From positions 160,001 to 224,000 of the forward strand of contig CBDATS010000002.1 in NCBI GenBank assembly GCA_965200245.1: a DNA stretch of 64,000 bases, in the 5' to 3' direction. The translations under genes were made by a program, and so were the position numbers. The notes below the pieces were generated by a model. That model was not told the DNA's origin. It saw nothing but the letters and a program-made list of their open reading frames with translations, and searched no databases. Every line of letters starts with the position of its first letter. The first letter of the stretch is position 1. Below are positions 31,531 to 42,562 of the stretch, in pieces. This stretch comes from a bacterium. GTDB lineage: Bacteria > UBA8248.

Positions 31531-33558
31531 ATGCCCAAAGACATCATACGATTTATCGTCGTCGCCTCTCTCGCTGCATTGCTCATTTCGGGATGCAAAA
31601 CCCCCTCCGCACCGGAACAATCTTCACAAGCGGCCGCACCCGTGCAGCAAAGCGCGCCCGCTCCCGATGAAAAAAGCACCCAAGCACATGCACACTACAT
31701 CCCCAAGCCACTCGGTACTGCTTCCGGAAGCTGGTCGGCCCCCGCTCCGCCGCCTCCCAGAACACCGCTCTCCGCATTGCGAGAAAAATGGGCTGCAAAT
31801 CCCCTTGACCGCGACGCGGACAGGACGCTGTTCGGGATCGCAAAACATGAACTCATACTCGGGAATCTGGGACCTGCAGCGGAAACCCTGAAACGCCTGC
31901 AGGAGAAATTTCCCTTATCAGCCCTGTATCCCGAGAGTGTGTTCTATCTGGGTCTCGCGCTTCAGGCCGCGGGTCGACACGATGAGGCCTGGATTCACCT
32001 GAGAAGCAGCCTGAGCCGGGAGACCAGTACCGCAAGACGTGCGCTGCTCGAAGCCTCTCTTGGCATCCTGTACGAGGAACACGACGAATCCTATCCCGCC
32101 CTGATCACCTATGCGCGCGCGTTGCGGAATGATCCTGAAATTTTCGGCAAATCCCTGCTCATCGAACGAGTCAGGGTGCTGGCGAGAGAAATCGATCTCC
32201 ACAGGCTTCGCGAGGCATCCAGGCAGTTCGCGGAAACGCCCGCGGGACCGCATATGCAGACAATCCTCGCCCGCCGCGAGCCGAATGAGAAACCTGAGCA
32301 GTCTGAGCATACGCAAGCGTCCCCTCAAGGAAAGGCCAAAGAACCTGTCTCGCCGCCCGAGGTGAACTCCAGGCGCGTGGGCGTCATGCTTCCGCTCTCC
32401 GGTGCTGTCGGTGCAGTGGGCGGGCGCGTCTATGACGGCATTCGGCTGGCACTTCGGCACAGCCTGGCGAAACACCCCCGGCTACATATTCGACTAGCGG
32501 TTCGCGACACGAAGAGCACAGCGCGTTCCGCAGGCAACGCGGTGGCGGTCGCCACCGAACTGATTACCCAGGAAAAGGCCGTCGCCTTAATCGGCCCGCT
32601 TCTCACCGAGGCGGCAGAAGCATCCGCCGAAGTGGCGAACCGCCTGGAAACCCCCATGCTGACGCCGTTTGCGCTCAGAATGCGCATGAAACCTGAGTTC
32701 GCCTGGGTGTTCCGGAATTCGCTGACGGCCCCCCTGAAAGCGCAAGGCGTCGCCGCCTACGCCGTCGGGCATCTGGGACTTCGCCGCTTCGCCGTGCTGC
32801 ATCCCGCGAACCGCGGAGGCGTGGAACGCACCGCCGCCTTCACGCAGGCGGTGGAGAGCCTCGGTGGCGAGGTCTTCAAGGTACTCTCCTTCCCCGAGAA
32901 CGCCACCGACTTCGGTGCACAGATGCGTGCGCTCGGCGGCATGGACGACCGGCGGCTCAACAAACTGAAGCTCTCGCTCGGACTCAAGAAAACCGATCCC
33001 TACGAGCTTAAACTGCGTTTCGATGCGCTCTTTGTTCCCGCCCGCCACGAGCAGGCAGTCCTTATCGCACCGCAACTTCCCTTCTATAACATGCGCTCCG
33101 TGAAACTGCTTGGCGGCAGCGGGTGGAACGATCCCCGTCTGCTTGAACACGGGGAGCATTATGTGGAGGGTGCGGTGTTCGTGGACGAGTTTTTCGCGGA
33201 CTCTGCGGAACCTGTCGTCATGCGTTTCGCGAGCGAATTCGGAAGTATCTTCGGCAAGAAACCGGACGTCTTCTCCGCACTTGGCTATGACGCTGCGCAA
33301 ATCGTCTTCTCGGCCCTGGCAAGCGGCGCCAAGTCGCGTGAGGATGTGAGACGATATATCGCCTCGCTGCGGGGTTTCGAGGGCGTCACGGGTCTCACGG
33401 ACATGGGCGGAGACAACAACGTGCGCCGCCAGTTGTTCGTGCTTTCGGTTCAGGAGAGAAAAATCCGCCACCTCCAAATGGTGACACCTCACAGGACGTT
33501 CGCGGGAGGCGCACCAATTGGCGAGAACACGCGGCTTTCGCCTGCGCCGACACAATAA
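31531..33558 (+). CDS. Penicillin-binding protein activator LpoA/LppC-like lipoprotein (TPR plus type I periplasmic-binding fold)
   Basis: Lipobox ISGC, N-terminal TPRs, VGVMLPLSG, ALIGPL, FDALFVP..LIAPQL, ALGYDA. Confidence 0.8.
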   Translation: MPKDIIRFIVVASLAALLISGCKTPSAPEQSSQAAAPVQQSAPAPDEKSTQAHAHYIPKPLGTASGSWSAPAPPPPRTPLSALREKWAANPLDRDADRTLFGIAKHELILGNLGPAAETLKRLQEKFPLSALYPESVFYLGLALQAAGRHDEAWIHLRSSLSRETSTARRALLEASLGILYEEHDESYPALITYARALRNDPEIFGKSLLIERVRVLAREIDLHRLREASRQFAETPAGPHMQTILARREPNEKPEQSEHTQASPQGKAKEPVSPPEVNSRRVGVMLPLSGAVGAVGGRVYDGIRLALRHSLAKHPRLHIRLAVRDTKSTARSAGNAVAVATELITQEKAVALIGPLLTEAAEASAEVANRLETPMLTPFALRMRMKPEFAWVFRNSLTAPLKAQGVAAYAVGHLGLRRFAVLHPANRGGVERTAAFTQAVESLGGEVFKVLSFPENATDFGAQMRALGGMDDRRLNKLKLSLGLKKTDPYELKLRFDALFVPARHEQAVLIAPQLPFYNMRSVKLLGGSGWNDPRLLEHGEHYVEGAVFVDEFFADSAEPVVMRFASEFGSIFGKKPDVFSALGYDAAQIVFSALASGAKSREDVRRYIASLRGFEGVTGLTDMGGDNNVRRQLFVLSVQERKIRHLQMVTPHRTFAGGAPIGENTRLSPAPTQ

Positions 33559-33610
33559 GGTCAGTCGGGAATACCCTGAAAGTCTCCTGTAGGTCCAGGC
33601 ATCAAACCTC

Positions 33611-34393
33611 TTATATCTGTATTGCTCCGCAGGAGATGGTGTAGGCCTGTCCGGTAATGCCGGCCGCCTCTTCACTCGCGAGATAAAGTGCCATGGCTGC
33701 GACCTCGTCAGGCGCCAGGAAGCGACCCATCGGGATGTCGTCCCTGTAGCGATTCATCGTCGCCTCCCCGCTCTCCCCACCCTCCGTATAGCGGGCGAGA
33801 CCCTCTCTGAAGGAGTCGACCATGCCTGTGTCCACGAAGCCGGGGCAGATCGCGTTCACGGTGACACCCGCCGCCGCCACTTCAAGTGCGACCGAACGCA
33901 CGAGACCAAGCACGCCGTGTTTCGCCGCGTGGTAGGCGCTGCGGTTCGCTCCGCCTATCTTGCCCGACACCGAACTGATCGCGATGAGGCGACCCCAGCC
34001 GCGTTCACTCATTCCACTGATGGCCGCGCGAAAGGCGTAGAATGCGCCATTCAGGTTCACGCGCATCATTTCGTCCCAAAGGGCGTTGGTGGTTTCACCG
34101 AGCGGTGCATGGGCGAGCGCGCCCGCGTTTGCGACCAGCACGTCCACACCGTTCCATTCCTCCTGCGCAAGCCCAAGCGCTTTTTCGACCTCCCGGGAGT
34201 CGCCTACGTCGCAGGGCGTCACCAGAGCGCTTACGCCACGTTCTCTTGCTTCTTCCGCAACCGATTCGATTTCTGCGCGCGTTCTCGCAGCGACGGCCAC
34301 GTCCGCGCCCGCATCTGCGAACCTGAGCGCAATGGCTCGTCCGATGCCCCGCCCGCCGCCGGTAATGAACGCGCGCTTCCCGTCAAGCCGCAT
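33611..34393 (-). CDS. SDR family oxidoreductase
   Basis: TGGGRGIG, VANAG, YHAAK, NAICPG. Confidence 0.92.
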   Translation of the reverse strand: MRLDGKRAFITGGGRGIGRAIALRFADAGADVAVAARTRAEIESVAEEARERGVSALVTPCDVGDSREVEKALGLAQEEWNGVDVLVANAGALAHAPLGETTNALWDEMMRVNLNGAFYAFRAAISGMSERGWGRLIAISSVSGKIGGANRSAYHAAKHGVLGLVRSVALEVAAAGVTVNAICPGFVDTGMVDSFREGLARYTEGGESGEATMNRYRDDIPMGRFLAPDEVAAMALYLASEEAAGITGQAYTISCGAIQI

Positions 34394-35480
34394 GAACACG
34401 CCTCCCGGCCTTCACGAAGTGCGAGCGCGCGATGAGGTTGTCGAAGAAAATCTCCACTTCGCAGAGTATGGCGTCCATGTCGCTCATGCGGTTTACCCGC
34501 TCGCGCATGGCGGAACCGCCGCGCAGGCCCTTCGTGAAGGCGGGCAGATGTTTCCGGCAGTGGAGCGAGGCGAGCCGTTCGCCGAGAACTTCCTGCAAGA
34601 GCTTCAGATGGCGAAGCGCCATCTCTTTCTTCTCGAGGAGACCGGGCGGAGGGGGCAGCACTCCCGTCCTGAGCCATTGCAGCAGGCGGGAGAAAATCCA
34701 CGGATTGCCGATGGCCCCGCGCCCGATCATCAGGGCGTCCACGCCGGTGCGACGAATCATGGCGATGGCGTCCTGGGGATTGAGAATGCTGCCGTTTCCG
34801 AAAACGGGTACCTTGACCGCGCGCTTGACCCGCGCGATCGCGTCCAGATCGACCGCGCCGCTGAACATGGCCTGACGCGTCCTGCCGTGCACGGTGATGG
34901 CTTTCGCACCCGCATCCTCCACCACCTTTGCGAAGACCTCCGCCGAACCCTTTCCGATGGTGTCCCAGCCGGTGCGCATCTTTACTGTCACAGGGATGCG
35001 CACCGCACGCACCATAGCGGAGACGATTCCATGTGCCAGTTCGGGATATCGCAGAAGCGAGGAACCCGCCTGGTTTTTCGTTATCTTCCTGACGGGACAT
35101 CCGCAATTGAGATCGACGATGTCGGCGCCCGCTTCCTCCACCATGGCCGCCGCCTCACCCATCTGGGCGGGGTCCGCGCCGAAAAGCTGGATGGAGACGG
35201 GCTTTTCGGCCGCATCGTTTCGCATGAGGTCATACGTCTTCCTGTGCCGCCTTGTAAGCGCCTGACTGCTCACCATCTCGGTGGCCACCATACCTGCACC
35301 GTGCGCCTTCACCAGCGAACGAAAGGGTAGATTCGTATAGCCCGCCATGGGTGCCATGACGAGGCGGCTCTCAAGCCTGACCCCACCGACATCAAGGGGC
35401 AAATCGAAACCCGCTGGAGGCGACGGAGCGGTCTCAGGTGGCGCCTCGCATACGCTCGGGCCTGCTTCTTCGGGGCGCAT
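34383..35480 (-). CDS. dusB: tRNA-dihydrouridine synthase DusB
   Basis: MAPMAG, QLFG, DLNCGCP, VKMRTGW, HGRTR, MIGRG. Start ATG 35480 overlaps the tsaD TGA; the track's longer 5' end lies inside tsaD. Confidence 0.93.
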   Translation of the reverse strand: MRPEEAGPSVCEAPPETAPSPPAGFDLPLDVGGVRLESRLVMAPMAGYTNLPFRSLVKAHGAGMVATEMVSSQALTRRHRKTYDLMRNDAAEKPVSIQLFGADPAQMGEAAAMVEEAGADIVDLNCGCPVRKITKNQAGSSLLRYPELAHGIVSAMVRAVRIPVTVKMRTGWDTIGKGSAEVFAKVVEDAGAKAITVHGRTRQAMFSGAVDLDAIARVKRAVKVPVFGNGSILNPQDAIAMIRRTGVDALMIGRGAIGNPWIFSRLLQWLRTGVLPPPPGLLEKKEMALRHLKLLQEVLGERLASLHCRKHLPAFTKGLRGGSAMRERVNRMSDMDAILCEVEIFFDNLIARSHFVKAGRRVHAA

Positions 35481-36616
35481 CAGCCTCCCCTCCCATAAAC
35501 GGCACCGAACGTCTCTCCCAACTCCCAGGAGGGGTCCGCATCCATGTCCGTATAATCCATAAAACCCTCTCGCCTGTGTTCCCTGAACTGGAAACCACCC
35601 GCACAGGCGATCATCGCGGCATTGTCCGTGCAGTACTTGCGCGCCGGGAAACAGAGCGACCAGCCCTCTTGCGCCGCCCGCTCGGCCAGTTTCCGGCGCA
35701 GGTAGGAATTCGCGGCCACGCCCCCGCTCACGGAGACAGCGGGCAGATTCTCCAGTCGCACCACCCGGCTCACATTCTCCACTAGAACCTCCACCGCCGC
35801 CTCCTGAAAACCCGCCGCCACCATGCACGCCACGTCTTCAGGCACATCCTGGGGGCGGGCCCAGGGAGGGAGGTTCCTGTCGCTCAAGTACAGTCCTCTT
35901 TCTTTCTGGTAGTTTAGCACAGCCGTCTTGAGGCCGCTGAAACTGAAGGAGTAGGGCCTGTCCGCAAGGTGTGGCCGGGGAAACTTGACCATTTCCGTCC
36001 CGCTCCCGTTCGCCTCCAGAAATTTCGCATGCAGCCTGTCGACGATGGGGCCTCCTGGATAGCCCAGTCCCATGATGGCCGCCACCTTGTCGTAGGCCTC
36101 GCCCAAGGCGTCATCCAGCGTGCCACCCAGGTGCGTAACGTCTGCGTGCCCCTCCACGCGGTAGAAATCCGTGTGCCCACCCGAGACCACGAACCCAAGA
36201 TGCGGGAAGGGAGGCGGCGCGGCGTTTTCATCTCCGGTAGGCAGATACAGGGAATGAACGTGTCCGTCCAGGTGGTGGACTCCGATGAGGGGAACACCCA
36301 GGCTCCACGCCAAGCCCTTTGCGGCGGACAGACCCACGAGCAGGGCCACCACGAGGCCCGGGCCGCGCGTGACGGCCACGGCGTCTAGTTGTTTTACCGC
36401 AATCGCGGCTTCCCCGACCGCCGCCTCTAGTACGGGCCCTATCATCTCTACGTGGCGGCGCGCCGCGAGTTCAGGCACCACGCCGCCGTACCGGGCATGA
36501 ATCTCGTGCTGTGAGGCGACGACATTCGAGAGGATACGAGGCACGGAACTATCCCCGAATTCAAGCACGGCTGCCGCCGTCTCGTCACAACTCGTCTCCA
36601 CGCCCAGGATGTACAT
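35480..36616 (-). CDS. tsaD: tRNA N6-adenosine threonylcarbamoyltransferase
   Basis: LGVETSCDET, GGVVPELAARRH, HHLDGH, SGGHT, FSFSGLKT, TDNAAMI. Confidence 0.97.
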   Translation of the reverse strand: MYILGVETSCDETAAAVLEFGDSSVPRILSNVVASQHEIHARYGGVVPELAARRHVEMIGPVLEAAVGEAAIAVKQLDAVAVTRGPGLVVALLVGLSAAKGLAWSLGVPLIGVHHLDGHVHSLYLPTGDENAAPPPFPHLGFVVSGGHTDFYRVEGHADVTHLGGTLDDALGEAYDKVAAIMGLGYPGGPIVDRLHAKFLEANGSGTEMVKFPRPHLADRPYSFSFSGLKTAVLNYQKERGLYLSDRNLPPWARPQDVPEDVACMVAAGFQEAAVEVLVENVSRVVRLENLPAVSVSGGVAANSYLRRKLAERAAQEGWSLCFPARKYCTDNAAMIACAGGFQFREHRREGFMDYTDMDADPSWELGETFGAVYGRGG

Positions 36617-36790
36617 TCTGATATCTCACTCCATCTTCGCCATACAAAATGACCGCAACAGACAACTCGAAACTATGGGAATACGGGAATTTGCGCGACG
36701 AATCAACGCCCGGTGGAACGAAAAGATAGGAATCAGGGCAGAAGAAATTCTCCAGCCCCGGTCAGGCCGGATTTCTTGAGAGCATCACCT

Positions 36791-36826
36791 CCGATAAGGG
36801 CGGCTTTCAAACCGCCCCTGCAACGG
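36791..36826. repeat. Degenerate GTAG-family REP-like palindrome
   Basis: Minus strand ccgttGCAGGGGCGGTTTGAAAGCCGCCCTTATcgg, resembling a GTAGGGGCGG...CCGCCCCTAC REP; single copy in the window. Confidence 0.5.
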
Positions 36827-36857
36827 ATGGGTGAACGTGGAACCACCCGGGCAACTG

Positions 36858-37763
36858 TCAGAACGGTGGCCTGAAACCCTCCTTGCCTTCTCCCAAGCAA
36901 GGCAATTGCGCTCGCAGCACCTCAAGTGCCGTGCGATAGTGATCAAGATAGACCTGACGGAACATGCGCTCCTCGCAAGACAGTTTTTTCGCCATCAGCG
37001 AGACTGCGAGGTCGCGCGTGCCCGCAATGAATTTTCCGCGCTGGAAATGAAATGGCTGGACGATGAACCTCTCGACGCCGGTAGCCTTGAGCGCGTCAGC
37101 GAATGACTGCGGGTCACGGACGAGAAGGAGTGGTGTCATCGTGATACATGTGGACACGCCTTCGGCGGCCAGTTGTTTCGCTGCCCGGATCCGCACGCGA
37201 TTGTCCGGACAGCCCGGCTCGAACGTCCGGCGCACATCGTCATCGTCCGTGGTGACGGTCATGTTGACCTGAACCCGGCCACCTTTGTCTACCATGGACT
37301 GGAAGAGGTCGACGTCGCGGACCACGTCCGGGCTGCGGGTCTGCACCACCAGCTTCACACGATGCTTCCGTGCCATTGTCTCAAGCAGATGACGGGTCAA
37401 CTCAAGCCTGCGCTCTATTGGTTGATAGGGATCCGTGACGCTGCTCATGTATATCCGCTTTCCATCGAGACTGCCTTCTTTGCGTCGTCCGAGCAGTTCG
37501 ACGGCGTTTTGCTTGACGGTGAGCCAACGCCCCCAGGAGTCCCGTTTCGCTGTGCTGTGAGAGAAAAACGCTGCGTAGCAATATGTGCAGCCGAATGAGC
37601 AGCCGGCGTACGGATTGAGCGTAAAGTCGTAGGCGTCCATAAATCCGGTCGCCCGCGTAAGGGCGTCCCGAACTTCCGCGTAAGTTACCTCGACATCGCC
37701 GATGCGATTCGGTCCTGCCCGAGGAGCAGGCTCAGGGATGAGAGGTAATTGATGTGCGGTCAT
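36858..37763 (-). CDS. Radical SAM protein, SplB-like (Rv2578c/PA0069-like)
   Basis: LNPYAGCSFGCTYCYA (CX3CX2C), SSVTDPYQPIE, QTRSP.V.RD.D, FEP. Confidence 0.88.
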   Translation of the reverse strand: MTAHQLPLIPEPAPRAGPNRIGDVEVTYAEVRDALTRATGFMDAYDFTLNPYAGCSFGCTYCYAAFFSHSTAKRDSWGRWLTVKQNAVELLGRRKEGSLDGKRIYMSSVTDPYQPIERRLELTRHLLETMARKHRVKLVVQTRSPDVVRDVDLFQSMVDKGGRVQVNMTVTTDDDDVRRTFEPGCPDNRVRIRAAKQLAAEGVSTCITMTPLLLVRDPQSFADALKATGVERFIVQPFHFQRGKFIAGTRDLAVSLMAKKLSCEERMFRQVYLDHYRTALEVLRAQLPCLGEGKEGFRPPF

Positions 37764-37918
37764 CTGGCATTTCCAAAATGCAGGGTGACGAGACCACTAG
37801 GTCTCCTCGGAACCGGCTTTAGGGTTAAGAAATTGACGCTCTGACGCGACAAATGCTGTCGTTGCGAAAGGGATTTGCGCCACGTGGTAAGGCACCGCCA
37901 CAAGGGAGGTGCGTTCTC

Positions 37919-38731
37919 CTAGAACTCATTTCCACCAGATTCAGGGCGACATATTCCCTTACCATCAGGCTGTAAAAGTTTGAGCAATGCCAGCGCAAGA
38001 GGCTCTTTGCGCCAGTGACATGTAACCGTCATGCAGCGGACCGAATAGCGTTTGTGAATGCATTCGATTGTCTCCTCCAGTGAGGTTTTGTTTTCCTCGT
38101 AGACCACGTGCATCGCCAAGATACCAACACCGCTCCCCATCTTAGGATCTGGCTTATGGCATTCCCAGGCTGAGGGGACCATATTGCTCTCATCGCACCG
38201 GCGGTATAGGGCCGCGAGAACAGCCTTATCGTCTGAGTGTTTCGTTTCGCTGGGAGTTTCGAGACAACATTTCACCATTTGCCAGAACTCTAACCACAAA
38301 GCCTCATCGAGCTTCTTCATCGATTCGCTTGGATCCAGTCCATGGATGGCGGGACCGGCTTGCAAAGACATTTTCTCTTCCCTTGCTTCTTTCTCTGCAA
38401 ACGCGATCACGAAACCCAGATTCGTTGCGTAGGCGCCGCAACCCAGGTCGATCAAATCGCTGACGTTTTTCGTTTTTATATAAAATCGCCTGCAGATATC
38501 ATGCGCCAGCCTGACATGACCGGGCTGGTACCAGGCAAGGTAGAACAGCGATACCCACTCGCCGTTGTAGTCGGGTTGCTTCCCTATCGAAAGGCCATCC
38601 AGCGCTTTCAGAGCCTCATTAACCTTGCAAGCAATCACCTCTTGGGACAACCCTTTCGTGAGCCGCTGGTACTCCTCTTTGACAACTTTCGTGATCGCCC
38701 GGTCGAGCAACTCCACGCATATCTGTTTCAT
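37919..38731 (-). CDS. Hypothetical protein with a class I SAM-methyltransferase-like motif; probably cut short by an in-frame TAG (full frame 37760..38731)
   Basis: LIDLGCG motif I, followed by GLDPSESM. The frame stays open for 52 codons after the TAG and ends at a TGA (37760-37762) overlapping the radical SAM ATG. Confidence 0.6.
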   Translation of the reverse strand: MKQICVELLDRAITKVVKEEYQRLTKGLSQEVIACKVNEALKALDGLSIGKQPDYNGEWVSLFYLAWYQPGHVRLAHDICRRFYIKTKNVSDLIDLGCGAYATNLGFVIAFAEKEAREEKMSLQAGPAIHGLDPSESMKKLDEALWLEFWQMVKCCLETPSETKHSDDKAVLAALYRRCDESNMVPSAWECHKPDPKMGSGVGILAMHVVYEENKTSLEETIECIHKRYSVRCMTVTCHWRKEPLALALLKLLQPDGKGICRPESGGNEF

Positions 38732-38821
38732 GGCTGATCTCCGAGCAAAGCCTGCCCCGTCGCCAAACCAGACCGCGTTTGAGTAGAAAAGGAATGGAAT
38801 ACGCCAGCGGGACCTCCTGAA

Positions 38822-40138
38822 CTAGGCGCCCTTCCTGTTCAGGAAGGACTCCTTGAGATACTCCACGGCGCGGTCGAGTTGGGTGTCGGTCTTCATCTCC
38901 TCGGCCGTGCCCTGTACCTGGCCGGATGGCGCGTCGCCCGGGGCATCTTCTTTTTGCTGTCCGTTTTTCTTTGTGTCACTCGGCAGATAGCCGGGCAGGT
39001 CCTTCTCGCGAATCGCGTGCACGACACCAGACTTTCTCAACGCCTCGCTCACGATGTCGGGCTCGATTCCCTCGCCCTGAATGCGCCTGCCCTTGGGAGT
39101 GAAATAAAACGCGGTGGTAAGGCGCAGACCCGAGCCGTCCGAGAGCGGTACGACGGTCTGCACCGATCCCTTGCCAAACGTCTTGACGCCAATGAGCTTG
39201 GCACGTCCCAGGTCCTGAAGCGCGCCCGCCACGATTTCGGACGCGCTCGCGCTGCCCGCGTTCACGAGTACTGCCATGGGTATCTTCCCGTCCTCCGTCT
39301 TGCTCGTGGAGGTGAAGCGATGCTCCTGATCGCTCATACGGCCCTGCGTGTAGACGATCAGGCTGCCGGCCTTGAGAAAGATGTCGGACACGGAAACCGC
39401 CTGGGAGAGAAGACCGCCCGGGTTGTTGCGCAAATCGAGCACGAGCGCTTTGGCACCTTTGTCCTCGAGCGCCGAGAGGGCGTCTTTCACCTCTTCGGCG
39501 GTTTCGTTCTGGAAGCTGCGAACCCGGATGTAGCCGATATCTTCTGGCAACATGCGGCTCCGCACGCTCTTGATGCGGATGATCTGGCGCGTGATGGTGA
39601 AATCGATGGTATCTTTCTCGCCCTTGCGCCTGACGGTGATTTTCACCTTCGTACCGGGCTTGCCGCGAAGCTTACTGACGACATCCTGTAAAGTGAGGTC
39701 TTTCGTGGGTTCCTTCTCGATGAAGATGATCTGATCGCCCGCCTGAACGCCGGCCTTGTACGCCGGGGTGTCCTCAATGGGCGTCACCACGGTGAGAACA
39801 CCGTCGCGGATGGAAATCTCCACGCCCAGGCCACCAAAACGGCCCATGGTTTCGACCTGCATCTCCTTGAAATACTCGGGACTCAGGTAGGTCGTGTGTG
39901 GGTCGAGCGTGCGGAGCATGCCCCGGATGGCGCCGCGAATCAGTTTTCTGGCCTCCACTTTCTGGACGTAGTTCTCCTCGACGAGGCTCAAGACCTCGCT
40001 GAACGCCCGCAGTTCGGAATACGCGTTCTTCTCGCTCGCCGCCAGATTCGCGACGGGATTCACCGCCAGACCGGCGGCGAGCGACGCCACGACAAGCACC
40101 CAGATCATCCATCCGGATAAACGATATTCTTTCGACAT
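38822..40138 (-). CDS. ctpA: Carboxyl-terminal processing protease (S41A)
   Basis: LDPHT, FGGLG (PDZ), LDLRNNPGGLL, SASASEIVAGALQD, TFGKGSVQ. Start ATG 40138. Confidence 0.95.
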   Translation of the reverse strand: MSKEYRLSGWMIWVLVVASLAAGLAVNPVANLAASEKNAYSELRAFSEVLSLVEENYVQKVEARKLIRGAIRGMLRTLDPHTTYLSPEYFKEMQVETMGRFGGLGVEISIRDGVLTVVTPIEDTPAYKAGVQAGDQIIFIEKEPTKDLTLQDVVSKLRGKPGTKVKITVRRKGEKDTIDFTITRQIIRIKSVRSRMLPEDIGYIRVRSFQNETAEEVKDALSALEDKGAKALVLDLRNNPGGLLSQAVSVSDIFLKAGSLIVYTQGRMSDQEHRFTSTSKTEDGKIPMAVLVNAGSASASEIVAGALQDLGRAKLIGVKTFGKGSVQTVVPLSDGSGLRLTTAFYFTPKGRRIQGEGIEPDIVSEALRKSGVVHAIREKDLPGYLPSDTKKNGQQKEDAPGDAPSGQVQGTAEEMKTDTQLDRAVEYLKESFLNRKGA

Positions 40139-40413
40139 CTTCTGCTCCTCAGATGATGCGGCACAAAAAACACATTCTACTCCACGCGAAACGAAAATGC
40201 TACAAAAGAGCACGGATCCGGGTTCGGAAGAGAAATTGCTGCGCAGGCGTGCGCCGGGAGCTTCGAATTTCACATTCAAGGGGAAAATACAAGGATACGG
40301 AGGCACTGTTCCACTCCGCGCCGGGAACTACGTAAGGATACCGGGCAAGTACGAGCATGATGGCAAATACGCACAACTGCTCAGAAATGCGGGGGCCGGT
40401 TACGGGGAGGGGT

Positions 40414-42450
40414 TCAAAGCAGGTCCTTCACGCGTGAGGCGGCATTCTCCGCCGTGAGACCGAATCGGGAATAAATTTCCTGATAGGGTGCGCTCGCCCC
40501 GAAACGATCGATACCCAACACCACACCATCATCGCCCACCCACTCGCGCCAGCCCATCGTGGCACCCGCTTCCATAGCCACTCTTGCCCTGCCAGCCCGC
40601 GGCAGAACGGAATCCCGATAGGCGGACGACTGCTCGCGAAACAATTCCCAACTCGGCATGCTCACCACCCGAACGTCTATTCCATCGTTCGCCAACGCAC
40701 CTTGCGCCTCTATTGCGAGACGTACCTCCGATCCTGTGGCGATCAATATAGCTTGGGGAGTACTTCCCTTTTCCTGTGAAATGACGTAGGCCCCCCGGGC
40801 CAGCGCATCCGCTGCGTTCGTCTCGGAACGCTGCAATATGGGCAAACCCTGCCGAGTCAACACAAGCATGGTCGGGCCCTCAAGGCGCTTGATGGCCACC
40901 CGCCAGGCCTCGGCGGTTTCGTTCGCATCACATGGGCGAATGATGGTGAGGCCCGGCATCGCGCGAAGAGAGGCAAGATGTTCAATCGGCTGGTGGGTAG
41001 GACCGTCTTCGCCCAAGCCGATGGAATCGTGCGTCATCACGTAAATGACGGGTAATTCCATCAGCGCCGCGAGGCGTATCGCCGGACGGGCGTAATCGGT
41101 AAACGTGAAAAACGTGGCCGCATACGGACGCACACCCCCATGCAGGGCCATGCCCGAACTCGCGGCCCCCATTAAGTGCTCCCTGATTCCCCAATTGATG
41201 TTACGGTGGGAATAGTTTCCCTTCGCGAAATTCCCCGATTCCTTGATAATCGAATTATTCGAAGCGGCCAGGTCCGCGCTGCCGCCAACAAGCCATGGTA
41301 CCGCGGAAGCGATTTGATTCAAAACCGCGCCGGATGCAGCCCTCGTTGCGAGTACCCCGCCATTTGCTTCAAAGCGGGGAATCGTGTTTTCCCAACCGGC
41401 AGGTGGCTCACCTGAAAGCGCCGCCTGAAACCCCGAGGCCAGTTCCGGGTTTTCCGATTCATATTCCGCAAGACGGCGATTCCAGTCTTCTTCCAGCGCG
41501 GCACCTCTGGAAACCGCCTCTTCCATGTGGGCGGAGACCATGTCGGGCACCAGAAACTGTTCATCTACCGGCCAGCCATAGTTTCTTTTCGTGGCCCCGA
41601 CTTCCTCATCCCCCAGGGGGGCGCCATGCGCCCGCGCGGTGTCCTGGTACCGAGGCGAGCCATACCCAATGTGTGAACGAATCACGATCAAAGACGGGCG
41701 CCCGATCTCCCCTTTCGCCAGCCTGAGTGCATTCGATATCCGGGACAAATCCTCCGCACTATCGCCGATATCCTGTACGTGCCAGTCGTATCCCTCAAAT
41801 CGTTTCACCACGTCGTCCGAATAACTCAACGCCGTTTCGCCGTCGATGGTGATGCGGTTGTCGTCATAGATACAAATCAACTTGCCAAGGCCCAGATGCC
41901 CCGCCAGCGAAGCCGCTTCATGGGACGCACCTTCCATGATGTCGCCATCACTCATGCACACATACGTATGGTGGTCCACAATCTGGTGACCCGGACGATT
42001 GAAAACGCTCGCCAAATGGGCCTCCGCCATCGCCATGCCCACCGCGTTCATCAGCCCTTGCCCGAGCGGACCTGTTGTGGTCTCGACACCGGGCGTAAGC
42101 CCGAACTCCGGATGACCCGGTGTTTTGCTCGCCCACTGTCGAAAACGCACGAGCTCATCGAGTGGAAGCTCATAACCGGTCAGATGGAGAATTGCATACA
42201 AGAGCATAGAGGCATGACCACACGAGAGCACGAAGCGGTCACGGTCGAACCATTCCGGGTTTTTGGGGTTATAGCGCAGGTGATTCATCCATATTTCATA
42301 GGCCAGCGGCGCAAGAGCCATTGGTGTACCCGGGTGCCCGCTGTTCGCCTTCTGCACCGCGTCCATCGAAAGTGTGCGTATGGTGTGAATCGACAGTTCA
42401 GGGATGCTCGTACCGGAAAACTGTTCATTCTCTGCTGATAACTTCGTCAT
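40414..42450 (-). CDS. tkt: Transketolase
   Basis: [46 protein letters not shown]. Confidence 0.98.
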   Translation of the reverse strand: MTKLSAENEQFSGTSIPELSIHTIRTLSMDAVQKANSGHPGTPMALAPLAYEIWMNHLRYNPKNPEWFDRDRFVLSCGHASMLLYAILHLTGYELPLDELVRFRQWASKTPGHPEFGLTPGVETTTGPLGQGLMNAVGMAMAEAHLASVFNRPGHQIVDHHTYVCMSDGDIMEGASHEAASLAGHLGLGKLICIYDDNRITIDGETALSYSDDVVKRFEGYDWHVQDIGDSAEDLSRISNALRLAKGEIGRPSLIVIRSHIGYGSPRYQDTARAHGAPLGDEEVGATKRNYGWPVDEQFLVPDMVSAHMEEAVSRGAALEEDWNRRLAEYESENPELASGFQAALSGEPPAGWENTIPRFEANGGVLATRAASGAVLNQIASAVPWLVGGSADLAASNNSIIKESGNFAKGNYSHRNINWGIREHLMGAASSGMALHGGVRPYAATFFTFTDYARPAIRLAALMELPVIYVMTHDSIGLGEDGPTHQPIEHLASLRAMPGLTIIRPCDANETAEAWRVAIKRLEGPTMLVLTRQGLPILQRSETNAADALARGAYVISQEKGSTPQAILIATGSEVRLAIEAQGALANDGIDVRVVSMPSWELFREQSSAYRDSVLPRAGRARVAMEAGATMGWREWVGDDGVVLGIDRFGASAPYQEIYSRFGLTAENAASRVKDLL

Positions 42451-42562
42451 TCTCTATATACTCGCTTGCTGGGTGAAACCCGAAAAAATGGATAGCAGGA
42501 CATCAGAACCCGACATATCCCGACGATTCGTTCTAATTTTTCCCACACAAACACGGATTAGT

